Shown in pieces: positions 11,738 through 25,299 of a DNA stretch of 46,215 nt. The stretch covers positions 170,796,230 through 170,842,444 of the forward strand of contig NC_068981.1 of the NCBI RefSeq assembly GCF_001194135.2. Reading direction: 5' to 3'. The notes under the pieces are model-generated. The model was not told the DNA's origin and did not search any database. It was given only the letters and a program-made list of their open reading frames with translations. This DNA is from Octopus bimaculoides (taxonomy: Eukaryota). Position 1 is the first letter of the stretch. Each line of letters starts with the position of its first letter. Both the position numbers and the translations under genes were made by a program.

Positions 11738-13504
11738 GATATAACGTGAATGCACTTGTATGTGAGTAAGAGATAAATGGAAGTAGAGGATCTGTAAAAT
11801 TACTTGATGGGGCTTCCCTAGATTGGTGTTGTAGAAGATGCAGACTGTATCCAAGCAGGAAGCCTGAATCACTAGCAGCCTTGATATTAAAATTAATCTC
11901 CACCCCAAAATCCAAACACCACATCAATTCTGAAAAATTATTTCAAATTATTAAATGGATTATTAGTTACTGCAGAATTCTCCGCAAGGGTTTTGCTTCG
12001 TGCCTACCTCTCTAGATAAGTATTTTTGTGACGTATAATTGTTGTGTAACGTGAGATTTTTCAAAGAAAAGACTATTAATATGTTTAGATTTTCATTGGT
12101 CAAGTTAATGTTAATATACATAATGCCGAGACTAGAAATTTTAAATAGCAGAATGGCTGTTGTTATGTTGACTTTTTCCTCATATACGGGAGACGATATC
12201 GGACATATCATTACCCCTACTCAGTGATGTATAATATTCATTGTACATATAGATGAGAAAAACACTAATTAAATGAATATAGTAGTACAGGTATAGCTGC
12301 AGGAAAATAGAAATATTCATGGAATAAACGTTATTTTCAGACAATATATACAAGAAAATTACTGAATTGATAAAGACTGAAATGATCTAAGTGTGATATA
12401 AATCTTGCCCCATAATTGCCGAAAGAATAAATGTAATATTAGTCACTGAATAACATTATATTCTCCTCGAGAACTATTATACTCTCATATTAAATTTGTT
12501 GAGTTTTTCTTTTTCTATGCAACACTGACTCCAATATAGATATACTGAAATAGATTTTTCTTCGTGTGCATTATAATTCGTGCATATTTCTATATAGCTA
12601 TTATATTAGTTTTTTTTCTGAAAGTTTCTAAATAATGGTCAAATCTGATGATATTCAAGAATTATACATTAGATTTTTTTCTGTGAATCAATTTTCTGCA
12701 GATTAAAAACAATACCTAGACATACGTTTCTAGACAAAAAAAAAATGTGTGTTAAAGGAAATAAAGTAAGTGTGGCAGAACATGAACTCTGTTTCACAGC
12801 AACAGAGATGATGTGAAATGATACAAAAATAGCAGGCATTTGTTGCATGCAAACTGTAATACAAATACGTAAGACAAAATTCACTTAATATAATTTTCAA
12901 AAAGTTGAATTTGTGTCATATTCCGAACAAAGCATGAAATATTCAAATATTCAAAAAGAAAATTTCAGAACATTAATCTATAATACATTAGAAAACCATT
13001 ATCCTACATGTAACATAAGCAACTTATCAATATAAGCAAATCTTTTCCTGGGTCAATTACTCTTGCTTAAATAGCATCACAAAGGTCTATAAAAAAACAT
13101 GTCTCCCTGATAGGATATCTTGTTATCCGAAGCCCGCTGCAGGTGGTTTATTAAGATTTGAGTAAAAATTATATTAGACACAGCCAGAAGACTGGGGGTT
13201 TTGAGCCGATTTTCTATAGGAGATAGCACAGCAAACATCGCATAATGTGCAAGGGAGTTAAGATGTTTTCTTCAGAAATAAAGATAATACGAAAATCCGT
13301 CTTGAGTTGTTGATCTCCGGTATTAAATTTATTAGTACTAATCTGACTGTTCTTGACGCATGATGATGATAGTGTTTCGCAGATTAGCGAAATTCCTATT
13401 TGTATTTGAGACGTTCAATTTACTTACTCCGTTTAATTCAATAGACAACTGAATTATTTAAATTAATTTCTGCTTTTTTAACTGTCCATTTCAATGTTAT
13501 CTCA

Positions 13505-13565
13505 TCCGTTTGCCGTCCCCGTGTTCATATTGTATCGCCCCTCTATATTTGGCCCTTGTGGCTCG
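13505..13565 (+). mobile_element. Diverged 3' end of SINE family A
   Basis: ccgtttgccgtcc...cccctctatatttggcccttgtggc resembles the family A 3' tail. Confidence 0.4.
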
Positions 13566-13574
13566 AATACAATT

Positions 13575-14384
13575 CTTATTCTTAGTTCAAGTTTTGAAGG
13601 GTGTGATATTAACAGTTATTTTTTCACAGCTATAATGGAAGTGACAAAGGAGCATATTTGACCGTTTTCTTTTTTTAATTTATGAGTTCAATAAAGCAAC
13701 AACATAACGGAAAGTGTGAGGAATGTTAATGCAGTATACAGGGTTCGGACAATATGTGTAAGTCAGTTTCAACGGTGGTTCCAGAAATTTCGAGTCGGAA
13801 ATTACAGTAAAGAAGACGAGCCTCATCCCATTAGATCTGTAGAGCTCGATGAGAACGTCCAGCAAACTCTGGTGAGACAAAATCTGGTCTTAACTTCTGT
13901 GTAACTACCAGAGAAGCTTGGATTTTGTCATTCAACTATTCATTGACACTTGTGGTGCTATCGGAAAAAAGACCATCTTTGGTTTCAAGACGAAAGGTGT
14001 TCTTCCATCAGAACAATACTCGGCCACATACAGTGAGGATGACATTCCAGAGGCTGGAGCAGTTTGAATAGGAAACGATGCCCCACCCAGCATATTTTTT
14101 ACGGACATTGCTACATCTGATTATCATTTATTCCGCAGTTTTTAAAATCATTTGGATGGAAAAAATATGAATTCTGTAGACGAAGTCAGAACAGTACTGA
14201 AGAAGTATTTTTCAACGGGGACAAGTGAATTTTGGAAGAGGGGCTTTACAAGTCTAGCAGATAGACAGAAGAGCATTGTAGAAAATGAAGGAGAGTATAT
14301 TTTAGATTAAAAAGAATGTCGCTTATCTTAATTTTGAAATATAAAAGTATAAAAACACCGTATTATTTATGGGATGGCCCAATA
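13575..14384 (+). mobile_element. Mariner transposon relic with large internal deletion
   Basis: ATG at 13635 begins MEVTKEHI..., followed by the HTH RNVNAVY...QRWFQKFRVGNYSKEDEP. After the deletion come FFHQNNTRPH...TDIATSDYHLFRS...ENEGEYILD* (stop 14308-14310). Right TIR-like sequence at 14351-14382 (RC ttgggccatcccataaataatacgg) is followed by TA. Confidence 0.9.
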
Positions 14385-15945
14385 TATCAGTTGATTTCTT
14401 TTATCATATTTTCACATTTAAAACATTTTCGTGGAAAGCAATATATTGATTTACAAACAGAAATAATTTTAATTTCAAGAACTTATTCTTTTCATAAAGA
14501 AGAGATTTAGTGAAATCGATGAAGTTCATTGGCGACAGTATACAAGTCAATCAGAATAGTCTTTTGATAATCTTGATTACTGTAAAGCATGAAATGAATG
14601 CTATACCACGAGCCGTCTCAATCTTTTTCATAGTTTAGGTTCACATTATAGACAAACGGACTTTCAAAACTACTTCTAACATGGGTATTATTTAGCATTA
14701 TATAAGTGGGTATGTCTATAGGGGTACTTTACTCGATTTCTTAAAGCACTTTTCACAGCTATTCTAATGCATTTGAAATTTTCTAAAAATATTTTGATAC
14801 AAATACAGTGACTTCTAGTGAAGCAATCGAAAGATTAAAAACTAGAAAATGCATTAACTCAGTATGATTTATATTTTGAATTAGCAGTTTTCTCTCTGCT
14901 TTTTGACATACACGTAAGTATATATGTAACAGATTTTGTTCGATGTCGAAGGTAATATTATGTGCTGCACCAGGCTGATAGCCCGTGTTAACAAATAAAC
15001 ATGATTTTTATGGAAATATGAAATGAGACCACCCGTCTGTAGGTACTATTCTCATATATGTATCAATTTAAATACACAGCCGAAAGAGCTACTAATTGTT
15101 TCATGTTTTATGATGCTTGAACAGGCATATTTATAAAATACCCCATGTATCTTAAAGTAATCTTCCGGGCTCTGTTTATGCGTTATATATACATATTAAA
15201 AACTACGACGCTTGGCAGTGAGAAAAAAAAAATTTTAGATGTGGAAAAAATGTGAAGAAAGTTGGTGCTAAAAATGGAACGAGAAAAAGAAAACGAAATC
15301 AAGAAACTAAGATTTTTCCCTGATTGCAGGAAGCTCATTAAATACAACTGGTATAGAATTAATTAACAAGAAATACGTCAAAGTGTTGGAGACAACCCAA
15401 TCCGGACTGAGTAGTATCCCCAAATTCGATAAAAGAAATCTGTCTATGTGTCTACACCGGCTAAAAATTTCAGATCTGGAATTAAGAAGTGTGATGGAAG
15501 TGCGGGACCCAAGAAGAATAGGAGATCATTGAGCTATGGATAAGTTGCATTTCTTAGATCTTTTAACATGGCTTGGATTTCTCAACTATTCCCCACTTAA
15601 TTGTATGTGGTGTGAAGCTGATCTTCAAATCCCATACGTAGCTAGCCGACTTAATAGCAGTACTCTTATCGATGTACAGGAAAAAAAGATATGTGGTCTG
15701 CATAACGTCTCTTGAATTCTCCCTCACATAATCCAATGTAATTCTTCATTTCAATTGATTTGTGTTGGAGCGTAGCTGTAACTTCAACTTCGTGTCTCTG
15801 TCTGTGTTGAAAATTCGTTCAAAGAATTACAATGTATGAGCAGCCTAATAAGTTTGAATAAAACCTTATGAGAGTGCAAGTCAGGACTAAAATATGGCGT
15901 TACCTACAAATAGCAAAGATGTAGAAATGTCAAAAATTCCGAGGA

Positions 15946-15947
<2 letters not shown>

Positions 15948-16030
<83 letters not shown>

Positions 16031-16118
16031 TATGCATATCTATCCATATATATATATATATATGTGTGTGTGCGTGTGTGTGTGTCAGTGTGTATGTGTC
16101 TGCGTAATACTCTCTCTC

Positions 16119-16187
<69 letters not shown>
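15948..16187. repeat. Compound (GATA)n/(TA)n/(TG)n/(TC)n microsatellite
   Basis: Direct reading of the sequence. Confidence 0.95.
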
Positions 16188-16190
<3 letters not shown>

Positions 16191-16961
16191 CCTATACGAA
16201 GTATAAATACACTAAACGTGTCCATTGCCCTCTGTAATGTGGGAGATTGGCAATTAGGTTCTTAAGTTTATTCCATTATGTAAGAACCTGTTTCAAAGGA
16301 ATTAGGAGGAGCAGGTATTTTATAAAATTGGGTAACATTTTTTGTTAATACAGTGTAACTATTGCATTATGAAGGAATAAAAAAAAGCATGACAATTGAA
16401 GGAAGTCTAATGCAAACGATATGCTTATTACAATGTGTGTTGTGAGTAAAGTGAACTTGATAGTTATTTAGTCAACGACTTTGCATTCGCTTCCCAAAAT
16501 TTGCATCATTTGCGAAATATGTGCATTTTTTTGTTTCCGTGTACACATATCTATTAGCTGTACGTTTACTTGAAACGTGAGATTTCAAAGGTTAGAAATG
16601 GTGTTAATAACGGCATAAATTAAAGAATTATATATTCAATACATTGAAATTATGCAACATTTTTCTTATAATGACATTCAGAATATTAAATGTTACATTA
16701 AAAATATACTCAATACATTTAAATGTTAGTTGCATTAACGTTGCTATGGAGAATAAATGTGATGAATAAACCTTATAATGTAAGATGTACGATTGTCTTG
16801 GTAACTATTTCAGGGTTGAAATATGATTATAGCATTTACCTTTTCAATCAACATATTTACAATTATTATTATAATGTGATTTTTATTTTCATAATGTTCA
16901 CGCTAGCATCACAATCGTTAAATGATATCGAACAATGATGGTAGTATACATATTTCAGTGA

Positions 16962-17103
16962 GTTCAAATTCCGCTGAGGGTGCCTTTGTCTTTCATTCTT
17001 TCGGAATAAATAAAATAAGTACCAGCTAAGCATCAGAGTTGTTGCAATCGACTAAACCTCTCCTCCTAAAATTGCTGGTACTGTGCCAAATTTTGAAATC
17101 AAG
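16962..17103 (+). mobile_element. Diverged SINE related to family A (B-box, central domain, tail)
   Basis: gagttcaaattccgctgagg...tttcattctttcgg...aaaataagtaccag shares its B-box and central domain with family A. Confidence 0.7.
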
Positions 17104-20100
17104 TTATACAAATGGTCGATTGTATGTATAAATTTTTTTCGGATTCGCCGTGTTGTATGGTGATATTTTGTTTTCCTTTACACTTCTATAGTCAACTACA
17201 CAATTTGTTTAGTTGTTGCAATGAGATATGTGTTTGGTTATTATTGCAATTTATTTTATTTATATCTGAGGCATGTACTTGTTCTATCCTTATCATAATC
17301 GAAAGTAATCAGGTAATTATTTCCGGCATTTGTGACATCATCCCCTACGTACACCCAAAAGATAGTTAAAAATATATAGCCTAGAATTTTAACATATAAG
17401 GCAGACGAATACTGCACCAGACTACATTTTACTACAACAGACGTGGTAGAAAATGGATAATGTGAAACAAAAGTTGCATGTACTGGAAATAGAACTATAT
17501 AACTACCGATAACAGTAAAAATAGAAAGACCAGTATAGACGGATGCAATACATCTTAAACAGATCGATAACTACCTAAATTACTCAAAACCTTTTTCTAA
17601 CTATTCATCACCAATTTCTACTTATTTGTTTAGTAGAATAAAATATTTCACGATGATAGAGACAAACTGTCTACAATTGTTATGCCCATCTTAACTAAAA
17701 TCTTAAAGTAATAGCCTCTTCCAAAACCAAATGTGAAAAACAAAACTATCACTATTCAAATCAGATGCAAATGGAATTGGAGCAATTATGTATATTTGTG
17801 CTTTCTTCTAAATTTGTAGAGAATAACATGGGAAATACATATCTGAGAAGTCAAGAAGCATATGTATAGATTTACATCAAATCAATTCAGATCTTCTCAC
17901 AAGGTGCATATTAACGCATTTCTTGATATCAACTGACGACGAGACAATTATAGGTTACCTTTGAAATATATGTGCAGTACGTTATAAAAAGAGTTTCGTC
18001 AATAGAACAAGCTTTTACCATCGTTGCGAAAGAATTTGGGATTTTGCACAGTAAAAACAGACAGTATGTTACTGGTAAAAACCATACCATAAATACATTC
18101 TAGGAATGCATGGCAGAATAAAGGGACTGACGGCGTTGTGAAATTCTTGGGGGTATTTTATAAATGAAAGTTATTGTAAGAACTTAATAATATTGTGATT
18201 AAATTTTGAGATAAAACGCATATGCATTATTCATATTTCCATTTCAAATTAGTTACCCATTATTTTTTTTAGTTTACCCCCTGCAACGTTTGCACGTTTG
18301 ATTAATTACCCATGCCAAAATTAATGTAATCTATATTGAAACAATTACATTATGTAAAACATATTTAAAATCCTTCAAAACACAACATTTATTATCCATT
18401 AACTTTTGTATTCCATATATGATTCTAATTCTATAGTTATCGACAGTAACAATACTTTTTGTCATTTAAGTCTCACATTATAAATTGCAATAGCGGAAGT
18501 AGCTAATATAGAAACTTTGGAAGCCTAAAGAGTTATCAGAACATCGGACAAAATGCTGTATTAGATTTTTTCCGACTCATTATGTTTTTGTGTTACTTCT
18601 TTTTAATGCAAGGTAGAATAATTTTCTAGTTTTATATTAGGTATATGTAATTGTGATTAACGCTGAATCAAATCGAAACACAATCGAATTTTTTCATAAA
18701 GATTACATGCGAATTCATATCAGAGACTTATAACAAATTAAACGTTAATAATTGTATATATTCCAAATATTTTAGCACATATAAAACTTTAATAGTTACT
18801 TGAGCAATCGCAACCTGAAGCAATATTTAGCGGCTGTGAAAATTCCAGAAGGTATTCACTGTAACGACTAGAGATTTCGTTCACATCGAACTATTTTCAA
18901 TTATATTTGTGAAAGGGGAATAATTGCAAAGCTTACGTTTAAACATTAAATAATACGAGTGTAGCAATATTTATAAGAAGAAATGTTACCCGATAATTTA
19001 CTATACAAGTAATCTTTTATAAAGTAATTTTCTAACTTTTATTTTAGAGAACTATATGTAAACCGGTATACTTGCATCTAATAGTAAATATTCATTCGAA
19101 ACTTGCACAAACCATCTGTGTGTCAATCACAGATGTTCTTTTTTCGAAGTGCAAATAAGTATACTTTGTTATTAACATTTGAAATAAGACTAAAAGTCAT
19201 TGCCAGGTTTATCCTTTATGTATGCAAGTACGCATAAATTGATATGCCATGAAGTTTTATTCGCATTTGAGCGATTTTGAAAGTGATGATTCCTCTAATA
19301 ATTATAGATTATTATTTCAGAAATAAAAATATAAAAATGTGTTTAAAGCCTTAGGCGGGATTCAAAGAAATTGCCTTTAGTAGAATATCTAATATTTTAG
19401 TTGGAAAGCAAAATGGGCATTATCAGATATATAGATTTTAATGTGAACGTTTATAGTCACTTTTCTAATCAAAATGTTTAAATCTAAGTTGCAAGTAAAT
19501 GTGTGTATCCATGACCAATCTGTATATAAGTGTATGTGCGCTTATGTGTTCGCGCATGCTTGTGTGTTTATGTGTGTGTTCTTGCGTGTATGTGTATATC
19601 AATAGATGTGTGATATATAGATTAAAACTATATTCATATTTTCCATTAAAAAAAATAGTTACTTTTTAAAATGTTTACTATCAAGTTTGGTAATCCTAAA
19701 GAGATTATGAGCGAAATTGAATCTATTGTAATTTTTTATGTGCGTACTATATTTCTTTGAGTGCAGATGTTAATAATAATTGCGTTAGGAATTTTAAGCG
19801 AACATTACCGTTCAATATTTATAATTATGTAATGAAACGAGTTCTGAATATGTTCCTAAATACATTATTTCTTTGGAAATATTCCGGTGGAAAATAAATA
19901 GCATTTCAGTATGTAAGACGATGCTGTTTACAAAATTTAATAGGAGTGATAAATACGGAGAACCAGATCAGGTAGATATACACATGTAGATATCGGTATC
20001 TATCTTTAAAGTTCCACCAAATGCCGTAAGAAAATGGTGCATTATTAAATGCCAAAGACGTAAAGCTATAAAGCAACATGGAGATTAGAAGATAAGTATT

Positions 20101-20429
20101 TGTGCTTTTGAATGAAGTGGTCGATGCTTTTAGGTCTATACATATCGCACTGCATGATGATGTCCTCCTTCATTTAATCTAATGTAACAAGGGATTTGCG
20201 ATTTTCAGAGTCAGAGAAGCATAGATCTGTTGTCGCAATAATTAAGGTAGCCATGATTTCGATCAGTTTCATTAAAATCCCTGTGTGTTCGAGCTAAATC
20301 TGGCGATATTTTGTCTCTTTTTTTCTTTAGAAACAGCTTGATGTATTGGTGAACAGTCAATGGCGCTCGAGACCATAAAGACTAAGGCTATTGTCGAGAA
20401 AAAGAAATCTGACATGGTGAGCCGGAAGC

Positions 20430-21043
20430 ATTCTCAATATTGGAAAGCTCTTACATGTATAATGATGATTCGCTTCGGCTATCACAATGTTGATATCATA
20501 TCTGCTGCTCAATGTTCTGCGAACATCATAAATACTGTAATACATGTCATGGGCTGCTGCTGTGAAGACTTACAGCCCATGGCCAGCAGGAGGGTCATGG
20601 TGTTTGTGCTTATAACCAGTGATGGTGTTGTCATGCAGCCTACATCTTTGAACAGTGTCTTAGGCACAATTCAGATGTCTATGTAAAGTTACTAGAGACT
20701 GTGGTCAGACCCTGGCTCGAGTGGATTGCAAGTGTAATGTCATATGTGAAGCAGCAAGAGGTGGGTCCTTCCAATACCTTTGGAAAGAGTAAGAAGTGGT
20801 AATCAGGGAATTTCTACGACTTCACAAACTCTGATTCCTGGACCCACCTATTTCCCCAGATTGTAACTCCATGGGTAAGCTGAGAAAGACATTAGCTTCT
20901 GTGCCTGCAACATCAAAGGCCGAGATGGTAGCGAAAAGCAAGTAGGTATTCCAAGGTCTTTTCATGACATAGTGAGGACTACATGCGCCAGGTTCCAGCG
21001 GAGCTGCCCTGAGGTTATGATTGAAGACACCTACTCTGAGTAA
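20430..21043 (+). mobile_element. Heavily decayed, internally deleted DD37D (maT)-type transposon
   Basis: Patchy translation: VMVFVLITSDGVVMQP / IFEQCLRHNSDVYVKLLETVVRPWLE / KQQEVGPSNT..KW*SGNFYDFT..SW / DCNSM / TCARFQR. These correspond to the maT catalytic region, with frameshifts. Confidence 0.75.
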
Positions 21044-21493
21044 ACAGTTATATCCCAGCCATACTCGCTTGTGTAGGTATATATATATATATAAATTAAG
21101 GATAAGATCGATATATAAAAATATCGATCTTATCAAGTGGCCAGCATGGGAATAAAAACCATCAAAAGTTATTTAAAAGCCATCAAAAGTTATTTAAAAT
21201 TATAATATAGGGTATCTAAGAGATAACGCCACGCTGAAAAATAGCAGTAAATTTTGACTCTAAACCACAATATATGTTTATATGGCACAAAGTGCGAGAC
21301 AAAGACAAAATAAAGTAGCAAAAAATTACTGGATAATTCCAGATCCTAGATTTCTAGCCCTGCATATATNNNNNNNNNNNNNNNNNNNNNNNNNNNNNNN
21401 NNNNNNNNNNNNNNNNNNNNNNNNNNNNNNNNNNNNNNNNNNNNNNNNNNNNNNNNNNNNNNNNNNNNNNNNNNNNNNNNNNNNNNNNNNNNN

Positions 21494-21533
<40 letters not shown>

Positions 21534-21554
21534 ATGTATATATTCTTTTATATG

Positions 21555-21748
21555 TTTCAGTCATTTGACTGCGGCCATGCTGGTGCACCGCCATAATTGG
21601 TTTTAGTCGGAGAAATCTACTCACAAGGCTTTGGTCACCCCCGAGGCTATAGTAGAAAAGACTTGCCTAAGATGACATGCAGTGGGACAGATCCAGGAGA
21701 CATATGTTTGGGACGTAAGCTTCTTAACACACAGTCACGCCCACGCCT
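21555..21748 (-). mobile_element. tRNA-derived SINE family B, internally deleted copy
   Basis: The reverse complement joins the family B head (aggcgtgggcgtgactgtgtgttaagaagc...ctactatagcctcgg...ccaaagccttgtgagt) almost directly to its 3' end (ggcggtgcaccagcatggccgcagtcaaatgactgaaa). Compare 32306-32735. Confidence 0.85.
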
Positions 21749-21981
21749 ATATATATAATATTATAACACGATGCAAATAATTCAGCAGAAAATATTTGCG
21801 AAGATACCATCAACACTATTATTACCTAGACTAAAATAATTAAATTGATAATAATAGAATTAATAATACAGGCGATCGCGGGCCCAAAAAGGCATTAAAT
21901 AGCTGAAGAATTAAAATTTATATATAATAAGGATTAAAATTTATATATAATATTTTATATATTCTATTTGTATAATACATA

Positions 21982-22197
21982 AGGCGGCGAGAAGGCAGAA
22001 ACGTTAGCACGCCGGGGGAAATGCTTAACGGTATTTCGTCTGCCACTACGTTCTGAGTTCAAATTCCGCCGAGGTCGACTTTGCCTTTTGTCTGTCTTGG
22101 TCGATCAAATAAGTGCCAGTTGCGCACTGGGTCGATGTAATTGACTTTATCCCTTTGTCCTGTTTGTCCCTCTATGTTTAGACCCCTGTGGGCAATA
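21982..22197 (+). mobile_element. tRNA-derived SINE family A, near full length
   Basis: A-box-like ggcagaaacgttag, B-box gagttcaaattcc, central ggtcgactttgcc...ggtcgatcaaataagtgccag domain and 3' tail. Several other copies in this window. The central domain resembles the widespread Meta/MESC-type SINE domain (recalled, unverified). Confidence 0.9.
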
Positions 22198-23330
22198 TGT
22201 ATATATGCGTGTGTATATATATGACATTTGACAGACCATTGTATATTTCATGTCTGGCTGAAATGATTTATCAACTTTACACAATATATTGTGTCCTACA
22301 TCAGATATTGTTTGCACTTTGTAGACTCTTACATTACGATACACACAAAATCACACATCTCTTTATTTCTATAGAATTATTCTGAGTGCGACATATGTTC
22401 GAGACAGTTTACGAATGTTCTTACGTAAACCGGTATAGTTACCTGTCTGAGCTGTATAATATGCCATTCTGTTGGCATAATACCTACATAGTCTTCTTAC
22501 TGGGTCATTGTGTTTGTCTAGTGTTTATTTTAGAGTTTGTTATTACACTATAGAAATAAATGTCTGTTTCAGTGCTGCTGTTCTAGTCTGTATTGCATTT
22601 TTAAAATAATACTCAAAGCTATCTCGCCTTAAAAAAAGTTTCCGATTGTTTCACACATGATCTTTCTTGGCAACTCTTACGCAATAGTGAATTTTAACTT
22701 TACAGTAACCTTATGAGTGTATGGCTTACTTTTCAACCATTTTCACAGGAGTCACTATGGAAAAAGTGTGACTCATACTTCGTCTATTAAATATATTTTC
22801 CTGCTTTTATATGTGTTTGATTTTTAACCTATATCATCTGAATATTCTCTTCACTCTATTATTTATTATCACCTCTATGTCTCTGTATTTCCCATTTTTT
22901 GTCTGACTTTGTTTCCCTATCTATGCTGCTTCAGTGAGCGGCTGATTTCGAAAATGTTTGTATGTATGCTTGGAGTTATGTGTCTGTGTACATGTGTCGA
23001 TTTAGCATATAGTTTCACAGACAAATGCTGTCGTGCACAACTATATTCAATGAAACATTTTTAGACGTATGTATTATTATGAAGTTCACTTTGGAACTAC
23101 TTATATTCGTTTTTTATGCCAATATGCAGCGCTTAGAGAAAGTGACTTCTAACCTGCATTCGTCATCATCGGGTCAATTTCGAGGAATCTAAGCATTCTG
23201 GACATGTCGTTAGTCTGATTATACCTGTATCTTTTCCTTCCATCCTCCTCAGCTGATCTGACTACGGTCATAAATTTGCACTTATCTCAAACTAAGTCTT
23301 TAAAAAGAGTGTTTAACATTTCAAATTGCT

Positions 23331-23423
23331 TTATTCTAGAACTCATAATATCGGTACACAACAGTGCCTTATTCTAGAACTCTTAGTTGCCTTATTCTAG
23401 TACTCATAATATCGGTACACAAC
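23331..23423. repeat. Local direct duplication (32-bp unit twice plus a partial copy)
   Basis: ttattctag(a/t)actcataatatcggtacacaac at 23331-23362 and 23392-23423, with partial ttattctagaactc between them. Confidence 0.9.
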
Positions 23424-24195
23424 GGAATCAGTCGCTAGATTATGCTACTCGTCGGGGTGTTATACCAAAATATGGAATCAATATATAATGATAGAATAGA
23501 GAAAAAGATTCTACAATATATAATTGTGTCAAATAAGTTTAAGATATTTTTGAGATGTATCGTTTTTATTCGACATCAACTCCAATTTTGAACTCCCAAA
23601 CCTTAAATGAATATAACACCATATTTCGCAATATAAGCTCATTACGCATTATTGAAACTATTATCTTTCATAAAAACAACAAATGTAAACGTGAATGTCG
23701 CCTTTTATAAAGGTGATGCTCATTTATCTTTACGTTACCGATTTGCTTTCCCGTTGCTCATTTATCTATTACTAAAATGATCACACCATATTATCCAGTC
23801 TCTGAACTGATGTTTCTATTCTAACAAAACCAATATAAGTCTTTTGACTAGTTCTAAAATCGCGTATATGAAACAACTGTTTCAATGGTTTGGCAACACA
23901 TTTCCTAACACCGGCAATTCAATCACACTCAATAATGCTTTTCACACCATAATCCAACGAGGCATCCTTTAATTGGTGCACCGTTAGAAATAACCCGAAA
24001 TTTGCAGTCTCCCTTCAGAAAGGAACATGTAGTTAGAAGAATGCACTTAAAATAACGAGATGGTCAATTCAAGAATTCCTTTGATCAAAGGTCTGCTTCA
24101 TGAGGGCTGCATTGTCCGTTGCACAACTTCCCTCATTACAAAGTAAGCGAATTTAATATATTTTTCATAAATATATATTAAGGTGGAAGCTTGAA

Positions 24196-24248
24196 TTAAT
24201 AATAATAATAATAAAAAGAAGAAGAAGAAGAAGAAGAAGAAGAAGAAG

Positions 24249-24346
<98 letters not shown>

Positions 24347-24375
24347 TGATAATAATAATATTAATAGTAATAATA
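24196..24375. repeat. Compound (AAT)(AAG)(AAC)(AAT) microsatellite
   Basis: Direct reading of the sequence. Confidence 0.95.
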
Positions 24376-25227
24376 TACTAGCTATTGTTTAATTGAACTA
24401 TCACAATGTTCTAATTATATCCTTATCTAATCAGCAGATAATGTAATATATCGCATACATCTAAGGGCTAAATTTATAGTAATCAGATTTCGTATATTTA
24501 ATAAGCTCCATAAAGTTAAGAGAATAGGGCAAATGATTAGTTGAATAATGCCTCATGTATTTTTTCTAAAATTTTGAAAGGGAAAATTAAGTTATCGATA
24601 TTAACCGTCAAGTCAAAAGAGATATGAATAATTAGTCTTTCATACAAATCTAACTTGTAAGCGAGAATATATCGTGTAGTATGTCTGCCCTCGTGTGAAG
24701 AATCGCACATGAAAAACTGCCAAGAGCTGGAATGTGATATCCGTAATTTAAATGTAACCGAAGATTCTTCACAAGAGGTATTTCTAAATGCTTGCCACAA
24801 TGATCTAAAACAGTGATACATTTCTGATCGCTCTTTCAGAGATATGATATGTTTATATTGAAATGATTGTAATTTTAAAATCATGATTAAGCTGCAAATT
24901 TTCCTGAACTTTGAAGTTCAGCAAACACCGTGAACTTCAAAGAATTAGACTTTGTTTTTGTTATTTCGTTATTCAGAAGCGATTGTGGGGTACTAAGTCT
25001 CATTATTTTCGTTATTTAATAGAGTATAAATATGTTCGATTAATTCACTTTCGCCAATATACGAACGCTGGCTGATATCAAAATTCTCTAAACAGCAGAA
25101 TCAGATACAACAGGTTGTATGCGCTGGCAAAAGTTATGTAACAAAGCTCATTCATTTGAATATATGAAGCTGGTATTTCGTGAATGTTTTCTCGTTTGGG
25201 TTGTGTTGTTGTAAATTCTTCCAACAG

Positions 25228-25299
25228 AATACGACAAATTTCACCCAATGGTTTTCCGATTTTGCCAGCAAACAGATTTCCCATTTAAAATATACAACG
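25228..25299 (+). CDS. Candidate 72-nt exon (phase 1: YDKFHPMVFRFCQQTDFPFKIYN; phase 0 also open)
   Basis: aattcttccaacAG acceptor, ACG|gtgagc donor, length a multiple of 3. No homology recognised. Confidence 0.35.

Noticed and set aside
11768-12016. Open frames on both strands with some splice-like signals
   Set aside because: No recognisable domain, and conflicting strands suggest chance.
15360-15620. Possible very old Tc1/maT remnant (KKYVKVLETT)
   Set aside because: The similarity is too patchy to support by eye.
21982-22080. tRNA gene
   Set aside because: A/B-box-like motifs continue into a SINE body, there are several copies, and no cloverleaf forms.
23331-23423. CRISPR-like repeat-spacer array
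   Set aside because: The context is eukaryotic, there are only 2.5 units, and spacers are not regular or unique.
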